The translations under genes were made by a program, and so were the position numbers. DNA of 64,000 bases from a virus (lineage: Duplodnaviria; Heunggongvirae; Uroviricota; Caudoviricetes), in IMG/VR virus record IMGVR_UViG_3300012007_000007, positions 35,434 to 99,433 of that record. One strand, 5' to 3'. This document shows positions 38,076 through 48,225 of this stretch, in pieces (the first letter of the stretch is position 1; every line of letters starts with the position of its first letter). The notes beneath the pieces are model-generated. The model searched no databases and was not told the origin of the DNA. It saw only the letters and a list, made by a program, of their open reading frames with translations.

Positions 38076-38881
38076 GGCTTGTCCTCATTGAACTCGTCTA
38101 CCAGTTCGAACCGGTACTTCTGCTTGGCATCCGGGTATTTCTCATGGTCCACCTCTGACAGGAACATGCCCATAGGGCGTACGCACAGTCCGCCGTTCCC
38201 GTACAGGTGGCGGTACACTACCATGCGCTCGCCCGTTTCGGAGTGGGTGGCGCAGTCTTCAACGAGATAGTACTTCCCCTTGAAGTGCCGGTATATGCCG
38301 TGCTTCGTCACTCCCCTGATTGGTGTATCGGCGGCCTTGCGCCTGCGCTCGGCCAATTCGCTCATTACCATGCCGAAAATGGCGTCGTATCCTTCTAGGT
38401 CGCCGTTTGCGACGCTGAACGGAATCTTGTAGTTCTTCAGCATGCAGCGGACGACCTCGTCGATTCCGTTCGCCTCTGTTTCCGTCTGGTTGCGTCCGTT
38501 GGAGTTGTACGGCTTCACCCTGTTCAGCACGAAGGTCATGCTGTTCCCCTCGTACCGTTTCGCCTCCTCGACGCAGGCGTTGCCGAGTGCCGGGCGCCCG
38601 ATACGGTCGGCGTAGATTTTCCCGAGCATTATCGGCGAATCGGTGACGATGACGTCGACCTTGCCGAAGCACCGGGAAATCCTGAACGCCTGCTTGCCGG
38701 TGATGTAGAACTGGCACTTGAACGCCTCCGCGCTCTCCTCCCAGACCTTGTCCTTGGCGAACTCGGTGACGTACTCGGCATCCACGCCGGCCATCTTCAG
38801 TTTCGAGAATATGTAGGCCGCGCCCGTGCTCTTGCCGCACCCGGGGCCGCCGTAAAGGTTCACGATAAGCGTGTCTTTCAT
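38072..38881 (-). CDS. NadR/AAA_28-like P-loop protein fused to DUF1653
   Basis: NLYGGPGCGKST; GIYRHFKG...HSETGE...VVYR..LYG...VRP. Confidence 0.8.
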   Translation of the reverse strand: MKDTLIVNLYGGPGCGKSTGAAYIFSKLKMAGVDAEYVTEFAKDKVWEESAEAFKCQFYITGKQAFRISRCFGKVDVIVTDSPIMLGKIYADRIGRPALGNACVEEAKRYEGNSMTFVLNRVKPYNSNGRNQTETEANGIDEVVRCMLKNYKIPFSVANGDLEGYDAIFGMVMSELAERRRKAADTPIRGVTKHGIYRHFKGKYYLVEDCATHSETGERMVVYRHLYGNGGLCVRPMGMFLSEVDHEKYPDAKQKYRFELVDEFNEDKP

Positions 38882-39162
38882 ATCTTACCCATTTCAATTC
38901 CGTTTGCAAGTATGGTATACAGGTCTTCCCGAAGGTCTATCTCCATCGGGCCTTCGCTCGTAAACACTTCGATGTGCGCCGGCCAGCCATAGCCGTCATG
39001 CGGAGGACAGTAGCGCATCACGCATTTCTCGAATTCCCCATCCTTGACATAGCATTCCGTAAACCGGCGGTCACTTAGTTTCGACTTGTCGAACTTTATG
39101 GCATGCTCCGGGAAGAACTTCTCCGCGGCCTCGTAGAAATCTGCCTTGTCTATATCTGCCAT
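38878..39162 (-). CDS. hypothetical protein
   Basis: GAGG RBS; promoter at 39184. Confidence 0.6.
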   Translation of the reverse strand: MADIDKADFYEAAEKFFPEHAIKFDKSKLSDRRFTECYVKDGEFEKCVMRYCPPHDGYGWPAHIEVFTSEGPMEIDLREDLYTILANGIEMGKI

Positions 39163-39200
39163 CTTTACCTCTTCTCAATAATCCAAATATAGCAAAAACA

Positions 39201-39683
39201 TCACTTGAACAACCTGTCCATGAAGGCAATTCCCTCATCGCACAGAGATTTCGCCTCGTCGAACATCCAGGTTCCCTTCAGGCAGTCAGGTACCGTCATC
39301 GACTTCCGGATTTCTTCGTCGAAATGCCCCGCGGAAAGGAAGATTAACTTCAGCCGCAGCCCGTTGATATTGCGTGTATACCGAGGAAATCTTTTGTCGG
39401 CCATGATTCGGTCGGCATCGCGCCTGCATATATCATAAGGTCCGCCTTTCACGCGGTACAGGAGGGGTCCCGTATTGACATGGTCCACGGACATCACCAT
39501 CCCCAGCTCCATTTGGAAGCATGTGTCGAACGCTAAGTCATACCCGGCCTGCCCCGGGTGTTTCCGGATGCTTCCCCGGAACGACTTGTAGTTGCCCCGG
39601 AGCTTCATCAGGAGTTTCCGGAGGAACCACAGGAATATAGACAGGTACAGGGCAATCTTTACACTTTTCATACCAGGCTCCAT
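39201..39683 (-). CDS. leader-family paralog
   Basis: MKSVKIALYLSIFLWFLRKLL. Confidence 0.6.
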   Translation of the reverse strand: MEPGMKSVKIALYLSIFLWFLRKLLMKLRGNYKSFRGSIRKHPGQAGYDLAFDTCFQMELGMVMSVDHVNTGPLLYRVKGGPYDICRRDADRIMADKRFPRYTRNINGLRLKLIFLSAGHFDEEIRKSMTVPDCLKGTWMFDEAKSLCDEGIAFMDRLFK

Positions 39684-39890
39684 AAGTAAACAACGGCGTT
39701 GGCTCATTCGGCGGACTCCTCGTACCGCATCGCTTCGTGAGCCTCCTTCCTCTTGATTGAGCGCCGGAGCCTCTTGCGTCCCTTGTTGTGCTTTGGGGTA
39801 GACGGGTCACGGAAGTGCTCGATGGAGTCGTTCTCGAGTTCCCCGCGGAGAATCTTGTTCGTCATACTATTGCCTCGTGTACACTGCGGC

Positions 39891-41009
39891 CTACCCGCCG
39901 AGATTTTCGGGGTTCAGGCACTTGAGCTCGTCGGCCACGAACAGGCCGTCCTTGCGGACGAGCCGGTCGTCGAACCAGATTTCACCCCCGCCGTATTCAG
40001 GGCGCATGATGAGGACCATGTCCCAGTGCACGGCGCTTTTGTTGCCGTTGGGCGCGTCGTCGTAGCACTTCCCGGGGGTGAAATGGATGCTCCCGGCAAT
40101 CTTCTCGTCGAACAGGATGTCGCACATCGGGTTCAGCACGTGCGGGTTCAGCCCGATTGCGAACTCGCCCACGTAGCGCGCGCCCTCGTCGGTGTCGAGC
40201 AGCGCGTTGAGGCTCCGGGGGTCGCCGGACTCGCAGGTGGCGTCGACAATCCTGCCGTCCTTGAATTCCAGGCGGATTCCGCTGAAGTACTTGCCCCCGT
40301 AGATGGTTGGTGTGTTGTAGTGGATTACCCCGTTTACGCTGTCCTTCACCGGTGCGGTGAACACCTCGCCGTCCGGGATGTTGAAGTTGCCGCAGCACGG
40401 GATTGCCGGGATGCCCTTGATGCTGAACGTGATGTCGGTCCCGTTTGCCACGAGGCGCACCTTGTCCGTCCGGTTCATGAGGTCCACGAGATTTTTCGCT
40501 GCTTCGGCCATCCTGGGGTAGTCGGCCAGGCATGCCTTGAAGTAGAAGTCCTCGAAGGCCTCGGTGCTCATCTTTGCGCCCTGCGCCATGGATGGCGTTG
40601 GCCATCCCAGGATACACCATTTGGTGTTGTTGACACGGTAGTTGACCAGCGGCCGGCGAATCGTGCGGTTCAAAGCCTGCTTCTCGTCAGCGATGTCGCA
40701 CCCCTCGAGTGAGTTGTCCGCCCCGCGGATTGCGACGTAGGCCTGCATCAGCTTCATTTCGGCCATGTCCAGTTCCGTCTTGGCGGCCAGGGTTGCCTCG
40801 GATGACGAGATTAGGGCCTGGCGTTCCACCCGGCTGCTCGATGTGCGGACGAAGGCGTTGCCCCCCGCCCTCTCGACGGCTTTCACAAGTTCGATTGCCA
40901 TTTCGGGAGGCGTATCGGTCAGCTCGATTAGGATGTTCTCGCCTTCCTTGAGGGCGACCGCGTCGTTGATGATGTTGTACGCCAGTTGCGTAATGCGTGG
41001 GTCTGTCAT
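39891..41009 (-). CDS. M29 (AmpS/PepS-like) aminopeptidase
   Basis: NIPDGEVFTAP, GEFAIG, LFDEKIAGSIHFTPG, SAVHWDMV. Confidence 0.9.
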   Translation of the reverse strand: MTDPRITQLAYNIINDAVALKEGENILIELTDTPPEMAIELVKAVERAGGNAFVRTSSSRVERQALISSSEATLAAKTELDMAEMKLMQAYVAIRGADNSLEGCDIADEKQALNRTIRRPLVNYRVNNTKWCILGWPTPSMAQGAKMSTEAFEDFYFKACLADYPRMAEAAKNLVDLMNRTDKVRLVANGTDITFSIKGIPAIPCCGNFNIPDGEVFTAPVKDSVNGVIHYNTPTIYGGKYFSGIRLEFKDGRIVDATCESGDPRSLNALLDTDEGARYVGEFAIGLNPHVLNPMCDILFDEKIAGSIHFTPGKCYDDAPNGNKSAVHWDMVLIMRPEYGGGEIWFDDRLVRKDGLFVADELKCLNPENLGG

Positions 41010-41020
41010 TTGGTAATTCC

Positions 41021-41971
41021 TTATTTAGTGTAAAGTTCTTCAAGTTCCTCGGATACTTCCCGGACGGTGTGACCGGCAATCCATTCTTTCTGCGTGTCGA
41101 TGAAACCCCGTACCAGTCCGGACTCCTCGTATGCCTTCCTGGCGAAATTCATCTTCCCGTCCAGGCAGTCCAGGACGATGACATCCGGCTGGGCCTCGCT
41201 GTCCTTCCAGAAGCAGTACAGGCATCCGTGCGGGCACCTCCCGGGCTTCACCCCGAGAATCTGCTGCTTGGCCAGGCACATGCAGTCGCCACGCTGCTTC
41301 CTTTCCGGGCGTCCGTAGGTTATGCACACGGATTCCGGGAGGCCCAGGAGTTCCAGGTCCCGGTAGCTGGCGCAGCCCTGCTGGGTCACCAGTGACGGCT
41401 GGAGCTTGGTTTCCGCGCAGCACTCGAAGAAGAACCCGGACTTGTCCGGCGTGGCCGAATAGGGGGAGAGGATTTTCTCCACCCTCCTGAACACCGCGTC
41501 TGGAGCGGTGAACGTGTCGTAGAACACGGAAACCCCGGCGGCTTCCAGGCGTGCCTTCACGTGTGGATACAGGTCAACAACGGAAACCCGGCACCTGATG
41601 GCGTTCCTTGATGCCGTCGCCACGGAATTCCACAATTCGAGCACCTTGATGACGTTGTCCTGGGTCTCCTTGGACCACAGGATGATGGGGTCGAGCCGCA
41701 GTACGTAGTGGGTGTACGGGAAGCCGCGTTCCAGAAGCTTCCGGTATTGCTCGAACTCGTGTTCCGGCGTCTTGACGTTCGGTTCGAGGACGGTGCCACC
41801 CTGGCCGGTGACAGTGTGGTGAAAGATGACCCTGTCCTGCGTGACCAGGAGTTTCTCAATCATCTCGTCGTTGAGTTCCTTCGAGATGACGATGTTTGCG
41901 TCGAGCAGATTCATTTCCCAGTCGGGAACGAAGCACGGGTCGTAAGTTTCGGTGATACCTATTTTCCGCAT
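41021..41971 (-). CDS. DUF1848-family (radical SAM-like) protein
   Basis: LRLDPI, CAE, CxC...CPHGCLYCFW. Confidence 0.7.
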   Translation of the reverse strand: MRKIGITETYDPCFVPDWEMNLLDANIVISKELNDEMIEKLLVTQDRVIFHHTVTGQGGTVLEPNVKTPEHEFEQYRKLLERGFPYTHYVLRLDPIILWSKETQDNVIKVLELWNSVATASRNAIRCRVSVVDLYPHVKARLEAAGVSVFYDTFTAPDAVFRRVEKILSPYSATPDKSGFFFECCAETKLQPSLVTQQGCASYRDLELLGLPESVCITYGRPERKQRGDCMCLAKQQILGVKPGRCPHGCLYCFWKDSEAQPDVIVLDCLDGKMNFARKAYEESGLVRGFIDTQKEWIAGHTVREVSEELEELYTK

Positions 41972-41980
41972 ATTTTCTCA

Positions 41981-42394
41981 CTAAGCGTTAAGCTTATCAA
42001 GCGCAGTGACTTCTTGCATCAGGCGCTTCCTGATTCTGGAAATGAAGCGGCTGGCCTGTGTCTTTGTAATGAACTTGATTCCGTACCGGCAGCTTTTGTT
42101 GCCATCGGCCTCGATGGCATACGGGTTATCTTCGAACACCGTGCCCTGTCCGGTCTCCACGATGCTCCCAAAGGAAAGAGGCACGTCGATGTCGTTCACG
42201 AACCGTGTAACCCGTATGGCAAGCGGAAGGCTTTCCAGGTCCCCGGGCAGTTCCATGCCGGTATCCCCGGTGAACACGATGCTGTCGACCGGGAAGATGT
42301 AGGAATTGTCTTCCGACGACATCCATTTTCCGGCAAACTTGCGGTTGGCCTTTTTGAGGATTTCTTTGATTCTCTGTGAGTTATTTTTCTTCAT
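41981..42394 (-). CDS. hypothetical protein
   Basis: AAGGAG RBS. Confidence 0.55.
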   Translation of the reverse strand: MKKNNSQRIKEILKKANRKFAGKWMSSEDNSYIFPVDSIVFTGDTGMELPGDLESLPLAIRVTRFVNDIDVPLSFGSIVETGQGTVFEDNPYAIEADGNKSCRYGIKFITKTQASRFISRIRKRLMQEVTALDKLNA

Positions 42395-43394
42395 TTTTCT
42401 CTCCTTCGGCCACATGCTCGTTGATTCCGATGCCAACCGAACAGTTTCCCGTTGCGTTCAGCAATGAAGGAATCGGGAACGCCGGACAGCACTTCAGCGA
42501 GAACTTTGATGCAATCGACGGATACCTATCATCGAACTCGCTTGCGCCGCTTCTGCGCAGGGCATTGTCTACCTCGCTGGTCTTCAGCTCGAATAAATGA
42601 GTGATGAAGTCGAATTTACCCTTGTAGATTGGCTTGCCTGACGCATCGAACCACTTGACGATTGTCAGGAATTCACCGTCGTACGTCTTTCTTACTACGC
42701 CCTTACCGTCAAGTAGGCACACCACCTGGTTTCCGGGCTGATGTCTCACGATAAGCGAGTCATTGGCAAACACGGAATAGCTTTCCCTGTAGTAGTCATA
42801 TTCCGAACAGCATCCCTTACTGTAGGTGACGATGCCTTCTTCAATGACCTTGTTGCGCTCGGTTGTGTATGTGATGGTAACCTTGCCTACCTTGGTTCGG
42901 TTATGATTGCCACTCGGCATATCTTCAATGAAGTATGCCTGCTTGAGCGACTTAGGCTGTCTCCCGGTAGCCCCCTTGAAATGCCATTCCTCCACTACGA
43001 CGCCTTTAACCACTACGTCGTCCGTACGCCTTACGGAAATATCCCCAGGCATCCTGGTGTAGACAATCCCGTCATCCTCGGTGGACAGGATAAACAGCGG
43101 AAGGCGGGTATTCCCGTGGAACTGGGTGACAAGCATGTAGCCGTCCTTGCTTTCGACTATGGAGCGCTTTGCCGGGCATATAGTAATTCCGAGTTCCTGG
43201 ACATGGATAATGTCATTCCCTTTACCATCCGTGTCCGCGGCATGGGGATAGCACGTTGCGAGCTGCAGTATTTCCCCCCAGCTGTACGCGGCGTACGGCT
43301 CGTCCACGTAGGTCGTGGGGAAAGAAAAGCGTTCGTCGCAGCGGGTATCATAGTGGAACGCGTTGAGTCTTTTAAGTGCGGTTTCTATGTACAT
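42381..43394 (-). CDS. hypothetical protein
   Basis: 337 aa; AAGGA RBS. Confidence 0.65.
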   Translation of the reverse strand: MYIETALKRLNAFHYDTRCDERFSFPTTYVDEPYAAYSWGEILQLATCYPHAADTDGKGNDIIHVQELGITICPAKRSIVESKDGYMLVTQFHGNTRLPLFILSTEDDGIVYTRMPGDISVRRTDDVVVKGVVVEEWHFKGATGRQPKSLKQAYFIEDMPSGNHNRTKVGKVTITYTTERNKVIEEGIVTYSKGCCSEYDYYRESYSVFANDSLIVRHQPGNQVVCLLDGKGVVRKTYDGEFLTIVKWFDASGKPIYKGKFDFITHLFELKTSEVDNALRRSGASEFDDRYPSIASKFSLKCCPAFPIPSLLNATGNCSVGIGINEHVAEGEKNEEK

Positions 43395-43403
43395 ATGTTT
43401 CCT

Positions 43404-43616
43404 TTATTTGCAGAGTAATGCTAGAAGAACGAATCCAAGGAACGAGAGTATCGCACCAGGAACGGTATCGACAAATCCGCGACGCCTCTTGCTCTGATAG
43501 TCGCGTTCGGCAGCTTCATGGGTATCGAACGCCTTGCCGTTTCCAAGTAAGTGGTACCACTTGCCGTCGCGCTCCCAGTACATTTCTTGTGGTCCTTCCC
43601 CGATATAACGCGGCAT
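43404..43616 (-). CDS. small protein with C-terminal TM helix
   Basis: GGAGG RBS. Confidence 0.55.
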   Translation of the reverse strand: MPRYIGEGPQEMYWERDGKWYHLLGNGKAFDTHEAAERDYQSKRRRGFVDTVPGAILSFLGFVLLALLCK

Positions 43617-43902
43617 GCCTATGCCTCCTCCTCCAATATTTTATGCAACGTATTGGAGAGCCACATCTCATCCCTGCGCCTCCAGGCGTCTTCCAATGTA
43701 TGTCTGGCCATGGTTACTCCTTGAAGTTCCTGTACTGCACGTCTATCACCTCGTACTTGAACGAGAGATAGATGAACTTACAGATAAATTTTACCAGCGA
43801 ATTCGTCGACCAGTGCTCGCAGAACACGTACATGCCTCTAGGATTACGCCAGTCGTACGAGATGAGATACTTGTCTTGGCCCATGTGAAGGTTCCTCCTT
43901 GA

Positions 43903-44829
43903 TTAGTTGAATTCAGTAAGGCAATGGTTGATTTCGTCTATGACTTTCTTGTACTTCCTGTTCATCGCGGCACGCCCCTTGCGTCTTTCTTCCTCAGCGC
44001 GTTTGGCCATGATGGATTCCATATGCTCATCGGCAAAATCCTGGTATACCGGTACATTGACTTCCGGCCAATCATATTCAATCTTCATATGCGCACATGC
44101 CGGATTGAACTTACTCTTCGAAGCAAGCTCCCGGATGATGTATTGACGGTACTCGTCAATGAATTCCGGCTTGGCCCCACCGTTGCTTGTCATAATCGCA
44201 TCGCCAATCGCGTCGCATATGGCATCGACACGTTCCGGCGTTACCTTCTGGAACAGCACGCGGTCAGTGTTGAAGTCGACGTAGCAGTATTCCCGCACTA
44301 TCAGTGCCGAATTGGTAAGTAGGCGATTGGCCCTCTTAATCTTGTTTACCATCTTCGCCGCCACTTCTGCAACATTATTAATGTCACGTGAATCATATAG
44401 GTTGAACCGGAACCCGTAACACCGTAACTGCTCCGCAAGACTCTTTGACGGGGCGTCACCACCCAAAGTGCTAAATGGGAGATTGTAGGCGCCATCATTG
44501 ATATCGAACAATGGTCCGGTAAGCAACGCCTCGTCCGATATTACACAACGCCATTCTGTACCGTACCTGTCGCCTCCGTTAAATATAGGGGTACCATCCT
44601 TCCAAATTAAGAAATGGTCGGCAAGTAGTCCAACTCCGTCGACTAGAATCGTCCCTACGGTAGAGATTACCTCTCTCCATTCCCGCGTAATACACGAGTC
44701 ATTCAGGTCATAGGATATAGTGCGAAAATAATCGAGGCAGCGGAAGCGGTTGTCCAGGCGCCCCTCGCAAAATTTGTCGATGAGCTCGTCTACCGGGTCG
44801 CGGGATAGTTTCTTGAAAAACCCGAACAT
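43903..44829 (-). CDS. hypothetical protein
   Basis: 308 aa; AGGAGG RBS. Confidence 0.65.
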   Translation of the reverse strand: MFGFFKKLSRDPVDELIDKFCEGRLDNRFRCLDYFRTISYDLNDSCITREWREVISTVGTILVDGVGLLADHFLIWKDGTPIFNGGDRYGTEWRCVISDEALLTGPLFDINDGAYNLPFSTLGGDAPSKSLAEQLRCYGFRFNLYDSRDINNVAEVAAKMVNKIKRANRLLTNSALIVREYCYVDFNTDRVLFQKVTPERVDAICDAIGDAIMTSNGGAKPEFIDEYRQYIIRELASKSKFNPACAHMKIEYDWPEVNVPVYQDFADEHMESIMAKRAEEERRKGRAAMNRKYKKVIDEINHCLTEFN

Positions 44830-44844
44830 TGTTCCTCCTGCCCG

Positions 44845-45159
44845 TTAGTCAAAAAATCCCAGCTCGTCCAGTTTCTCGAGCGTCTTGGTTGATTCGATTT
44901 TGTACTTGTCCAGTAGTTCCTTCGCCAGATTGGCGTTGACGAACACGGGGTACAGACCGTGTTCCTTGTCCTCGTCGGTGTCCGGGCCAGGAAGGGGATG
45001 CCCGTCCAGGTACGCCTCCAGGGTAAGCTCGAGTGCCTCCTTGGCCATCTTGAGTGCTTCTTCCTTGGTGTCCCCCTGGGTGATGCACCCGGGGATGTCC
45101 GGGAAAGTGACGGAGTATCCGCCCGAATTCTCCGGGGTGAGTTTCGCTACGTAGAACAT
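44845..45159 (-). CDS. hicB: HicB-family antitoxin-like protein, no adjacent HicA
   Basis: GGYSVTFPDIPGCITQGDTKEEALKMAKEAL. Confidence 0.85.
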   Translation of the reverse strand: MFYVAKLTPENSGGYSVTFPDIPGCITQGDTKEEALKMAKEALELTLEAYLDGHPLPGPDTDEDKEHGLYPVFVNANLAKELLDKYKIESTKTLEKLDELGFFD

Positions 45160-45160
45160 A

Positions 45161-45484
45161 TCAGTCCCTTCCAGGTTTCCACGGTTTGTTAAGTGACACT
45201 ATTGACAGGCTGCGCGATATTGGAAAGTCAGTAACCTCGTATTCTTCCACAGCATGTTGTAATTTCTTGATTTGAACATCAATTTTGGGCTGCATCGGAA
45301 AGTCGTTTCCGGCTTCGTCATACCCGACATTCCAGAACACATAAGTGTATTTCCCTAGCGTGCGGCTGAAATGGCCGGTAGGTTCTTTCCTGGATTTCCT
45401 GCGGAGGTACGATTCCACCGCTTCCTGGCCGAGGTCCCGGTAGAACTTCGGCACAGCGACTGTCTTTTTACGGGTCTTGCTCAT
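45161..45484 (-). CDS. hypothetical protein
   Basis: MSKTRKK; promoter at 45492. Confidence 0.55.
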   Translation of the reverse strand: MSKTRKKTVAVPKFYRDLGQEAVESYLRRKSRKEPTGHFSRTLGKYTYVFWNVGYDEAGNDFPMQPKIDVQIKKLQHAVEEYEVTDFPISRSLSIVSLNKPWKPGRD

Positions 45485-45561
45485 AGTACTACAAATATAG
45501 CAATTTTTCCACCGGAATTTGCTATATTTGTTGTACGACGAAAAGGAAAAGGAGCCTATAT

Positions 45562-45972
45562 ATGCCATACCAGCCACTTGATACACCATTCCTTGTACAG
45601 CTATTCTGCATCATGTGCAGGGCATTCTTCCCGGAATGCGAACTGGATATTCCCGGGGACGGCACGGTGTACGTAAAGTTCGGAAGGCTTGGCTACGCAG
45701 AGATGTACCCGTCAGTTCCCCCGGACGGCGTCCAGTCAGACCCCGGGCAGATGTTAATGCTCATGTATTCAGGGGAAATGTTTGGTACTGATACCCATCT
45801 GCTGTGGAGCGGATATGATGAGGACAAGTTCAGCGAAGTATTGCGGCAGTTTTGCAATGGCCCGGACAGGACGGCAAATTTCTACATTACGAAGAACCGA
45901 AGGTCCTTGCTTGCCGCAAAAAACGGCGCGAGGCCAGCTACAATAAGTAATCAAACAAAGGACCGGTTATGA
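45562..45972 (+). CDS. hypothetical protein
   Basis: promoter at 45518; AAGGAG RBS. Confidence 0.6.
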   Translation: MPYQPLDTPFLVQLFCIMCRAFFPECELDIPGDGTVYVKFGRLGYAEMYPSVPPDGVQSDPGQMLMLMYSGEMFGTDTHLLWSGYDEDKFSEVLRQFCNGPDRTANFYITKNRRSLLAAKNGARPATISNQTKDRL

Positions 45973-46412
45973 TAGACTACATGGACGAGATACTAAACAA
46001 CCACATCACGGAGCTCAGGTTCACCATGAACGGAAAGGCCCTGCGCGTGAAGAAGACCGCCATAGTCGACGGGAATTGCATGGAATTCTCCCTCGTGAAC
46101 GACAGGAAGGAAGTCCGCGGAATCCACCCAGACTGGAAAATCGACCACAGCTCCACCAAGACACAGCAGGAGCATATCAGGGAATATCTCGAGTCCGGAC
46201 GTGCCATCACGACGCTGGAGGCACTGGAGATGTTCGGGTGCCTGCGCCTCGGCGCACAGGTTTTCGCCCTCAAGAAGAAGGGGATGCCAATCGAGATGCG
46301 GATGAAGAAGGACGAGAATACCGGGAAGCGCTATGCTGTCTACTTCATCGCCCCCGGAAACCAACGCCGTATCGCCTGCAACCGTCTTGTCGAAGAGATT
46401 CCCCATGATTAG
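45969..46412 (+). CDS. winged-helix/HTH DNA-binding protein
   Basis: YLESGRAITTLEALEMFGCLRLGAQVFALKKKG. Confidence 0.75.
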   Translation: MIDYMDEILNNHITELRFTMNGKALRVKKTAIVDGNCMEFSLVNDRKEVRGIHPDWKIDHSSTKTQQEHIREYLESGRAITTLEALEMFGCLRLGAQVFALKKKGMPIEMRMKKDENTGKRYAVYFIAPGNQRRIACNRLVEEIPHD

Positions 46413-46779
46413 CCCGTTCTTCTACCTGCAGAAGCAGAAGGCGACCGAGGAGGAACGCATACAGTTCTACCAGGAACGCATGGCCGAGGTAAAGGACTGG
46501 CTCATAAACGACTTCGTCCGGGAACGCCCCGGGAAATACAGCTACGCCGACCTGGATGGAGACATACTCTTCTGGAAGCTTATCGTGACCGACGACCACA
46601 GGGTATCCATAAACCGAAACTGGTGGAACCGTTCCGTGGACTGGTTCTGCCGGGAACACCGATGCAAGCTGGAGGAAATCGACCTCCTGTACATCATCAT
46701 GCAGGTGTACCGCAGTATGGGTTACGACGTGAAGCCGGTCGACGGCTCCCTGTGCATCACGCTGTTCGAGCCGGCGTGA
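46405..46779 (+). CDS. hypothetical protein
   Basis: coupled ORF. Confidence 0.55.
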   Translation: MISPFFYLQKQKATEEERIQFYQERMAEVKDWLINDFVRERPGKYSYADLDGDILFWKLIVTDDHRVSINRNWWNRSVDWFCREHRCKLEEIDLLYIIMQVYRSMGYDVKPVDGSLCITLFEPA

Positions 46780-46983
46780 CGCTGCCTACGGCGTTCTCCA
46801 CGGCAATCCTCCCGGATTCCCCGGCAGCACATCCGACATACGGGTTGAAATCCTTTGGCACTATCTCGTAACCGGGTTCCATGCCCTCCTCGTACAGATA
46901 CCGCTTCGCCGTCACCACCTTGTACGGCCTTCCCTCGTATTCGTTTCCGTTGCACATATCCGCCTCTCTTCCCTAAAACTAAA

Positions 46984-47658
46984 TCAAGCCTTCCACTCGC
47001 GGGCAAACCTCCGCAGCATCTCCACCGGGTCGGTCTCCAGATACTTGCCACTCAAAGCTGTATCACCAATCCTTACCTGCTCGACAAATGGCCAGCTTCC
47101 CAGCTTCCTGTGCCTGGTTCCCACAAGGCATGCCCTCAGCCCGTTCCACACGTCGTCCTCCAGTCCCCTGAAGTACTTCATGAACAGGGAATCCGGTAGT
47201 TTCGCAAGGCAGTCCGCCGGGAACAGCCGGGCCCACCCGGTAATGTCGAATCCGCACGGGTGGAACCATACCTCGGCACCTATGATTTCCCGGGGATGCT
47301 CCCGGTGAACCCTCCAGAAATCCTCGACGAAGCTGTCCTTGACCGCTATGTCGTCATCCGTGGTCAACACGGGATGCCCCGGGAAAGCCATCTGTGCCCC
47401 GGTCAGCTTCTTCAGTGCCCTCGTGTTGGCCTTCTGCCATACTATGGAGAACCTGGGGTCGGACTTGGCAATGTCCAGGATTTTCCCGGGAACCTCCCGT
47501 TCCTTCCCGGGAAACTCGTCCGTAGACAAGACCAGGACTACCCGGTAGTCTACGCGGGTCTTCTGCCGGAGAAGCCGGGAGATGTTCTTCGGGACCGTAT
47601 CCGAGCGGTTGCGGCCCTTCCAGGTAGTAAGGCTCACTATGAGGGGTTTCGTCTCCAT
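46984..47658 (-). CDS. putative GT-A glycosyltransferase (third paralog)
   Basis: LIVSLTTWKGR...LKKL...LTTDDDIAV. Confidence 0.7.
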   Translation of the reverse strand: METKPLIVSLTTWKGRNRSDTVPKNISRLLRQKTRVDYRVVLVLSTDEFPGKEREVPGKILDIAKSDPRFSIVWQKANTRALKKLTGAQMAFPGHPVLTTDDDIAVKDSFVEDFWRVHREHPREIIGAEVWFHPCGFDITGWARLFPADCLAKLPDSLFMKYFRGLEDDVWNGLRACLVGTRHRKLGSWPFVEQVRIGDTALSGKYLETDPVEMLRRFAREWKA

Positions 47659-47683
47659 CGAATGGAGTTTATTAAAATAGACG

Positions 47684-48127
47684 TTAAAAGCGCCATTCCG
47701 AGTTGGACAGCCAGTCGACTTCCCCGGTACTTGGTGTAGGACATTCCTCTACGCCGTTTTCTATGGATTCTCGCCACGTAGGACACAATCCGTACATTAT
47801 TAATCCATAATACGGCATCTTCTTGTAGATAACCCCCGTGTCCGGGTCGGTACCGTTGTACATGGCATAGGCCAGCTTGTACGGGTCCGGGATTTCATTG
47901 TCGCAGTACCGTTCATCGATGTATATCAAGATTACGCCATCAATTGCAGGCCATGCCCCCAGAGCCCTGTATGTCCGGTCCGGCGGAATATAGTCGTATT
48001 CCCGCGTATCGTCGTTCCTGAAATAAGTACCGCCGTTCAGCCGGCACAGCGCGTCATGCAGATTGTCGGCTACGCTACCGGAAGCATTACCGGATATATG
48101 CTCGAATTTCAGTTTTCCATAGTCCAT
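47684..48127 (-). CDS. hypothetical protein
   Basis: AGGAG RBS. Confidence 0.55.
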   Translation of the reverse strand: MDYGKLKFEHISGNASGSVADNLHDALCRLNGGTYFRNDDTREYDYIPPDRTYRALGAWPAIDGVILIYIDERYCDNEIPDPYKLAYAMYNGTDPDTGVIYKKMPYYGLIMYGLCPTWRESIENGVEECPTPSTGEVDWLSNSEWRF

Positions 48128-48225
48128 ATAGTTCTCCTGCAGAATGGCATACCGCTCGGTGAGACATTGTACTCGTCATCAAGTCTGAAACGCATAAGTG
48201 TTATATGTTATCTTTGGAAGCACCG

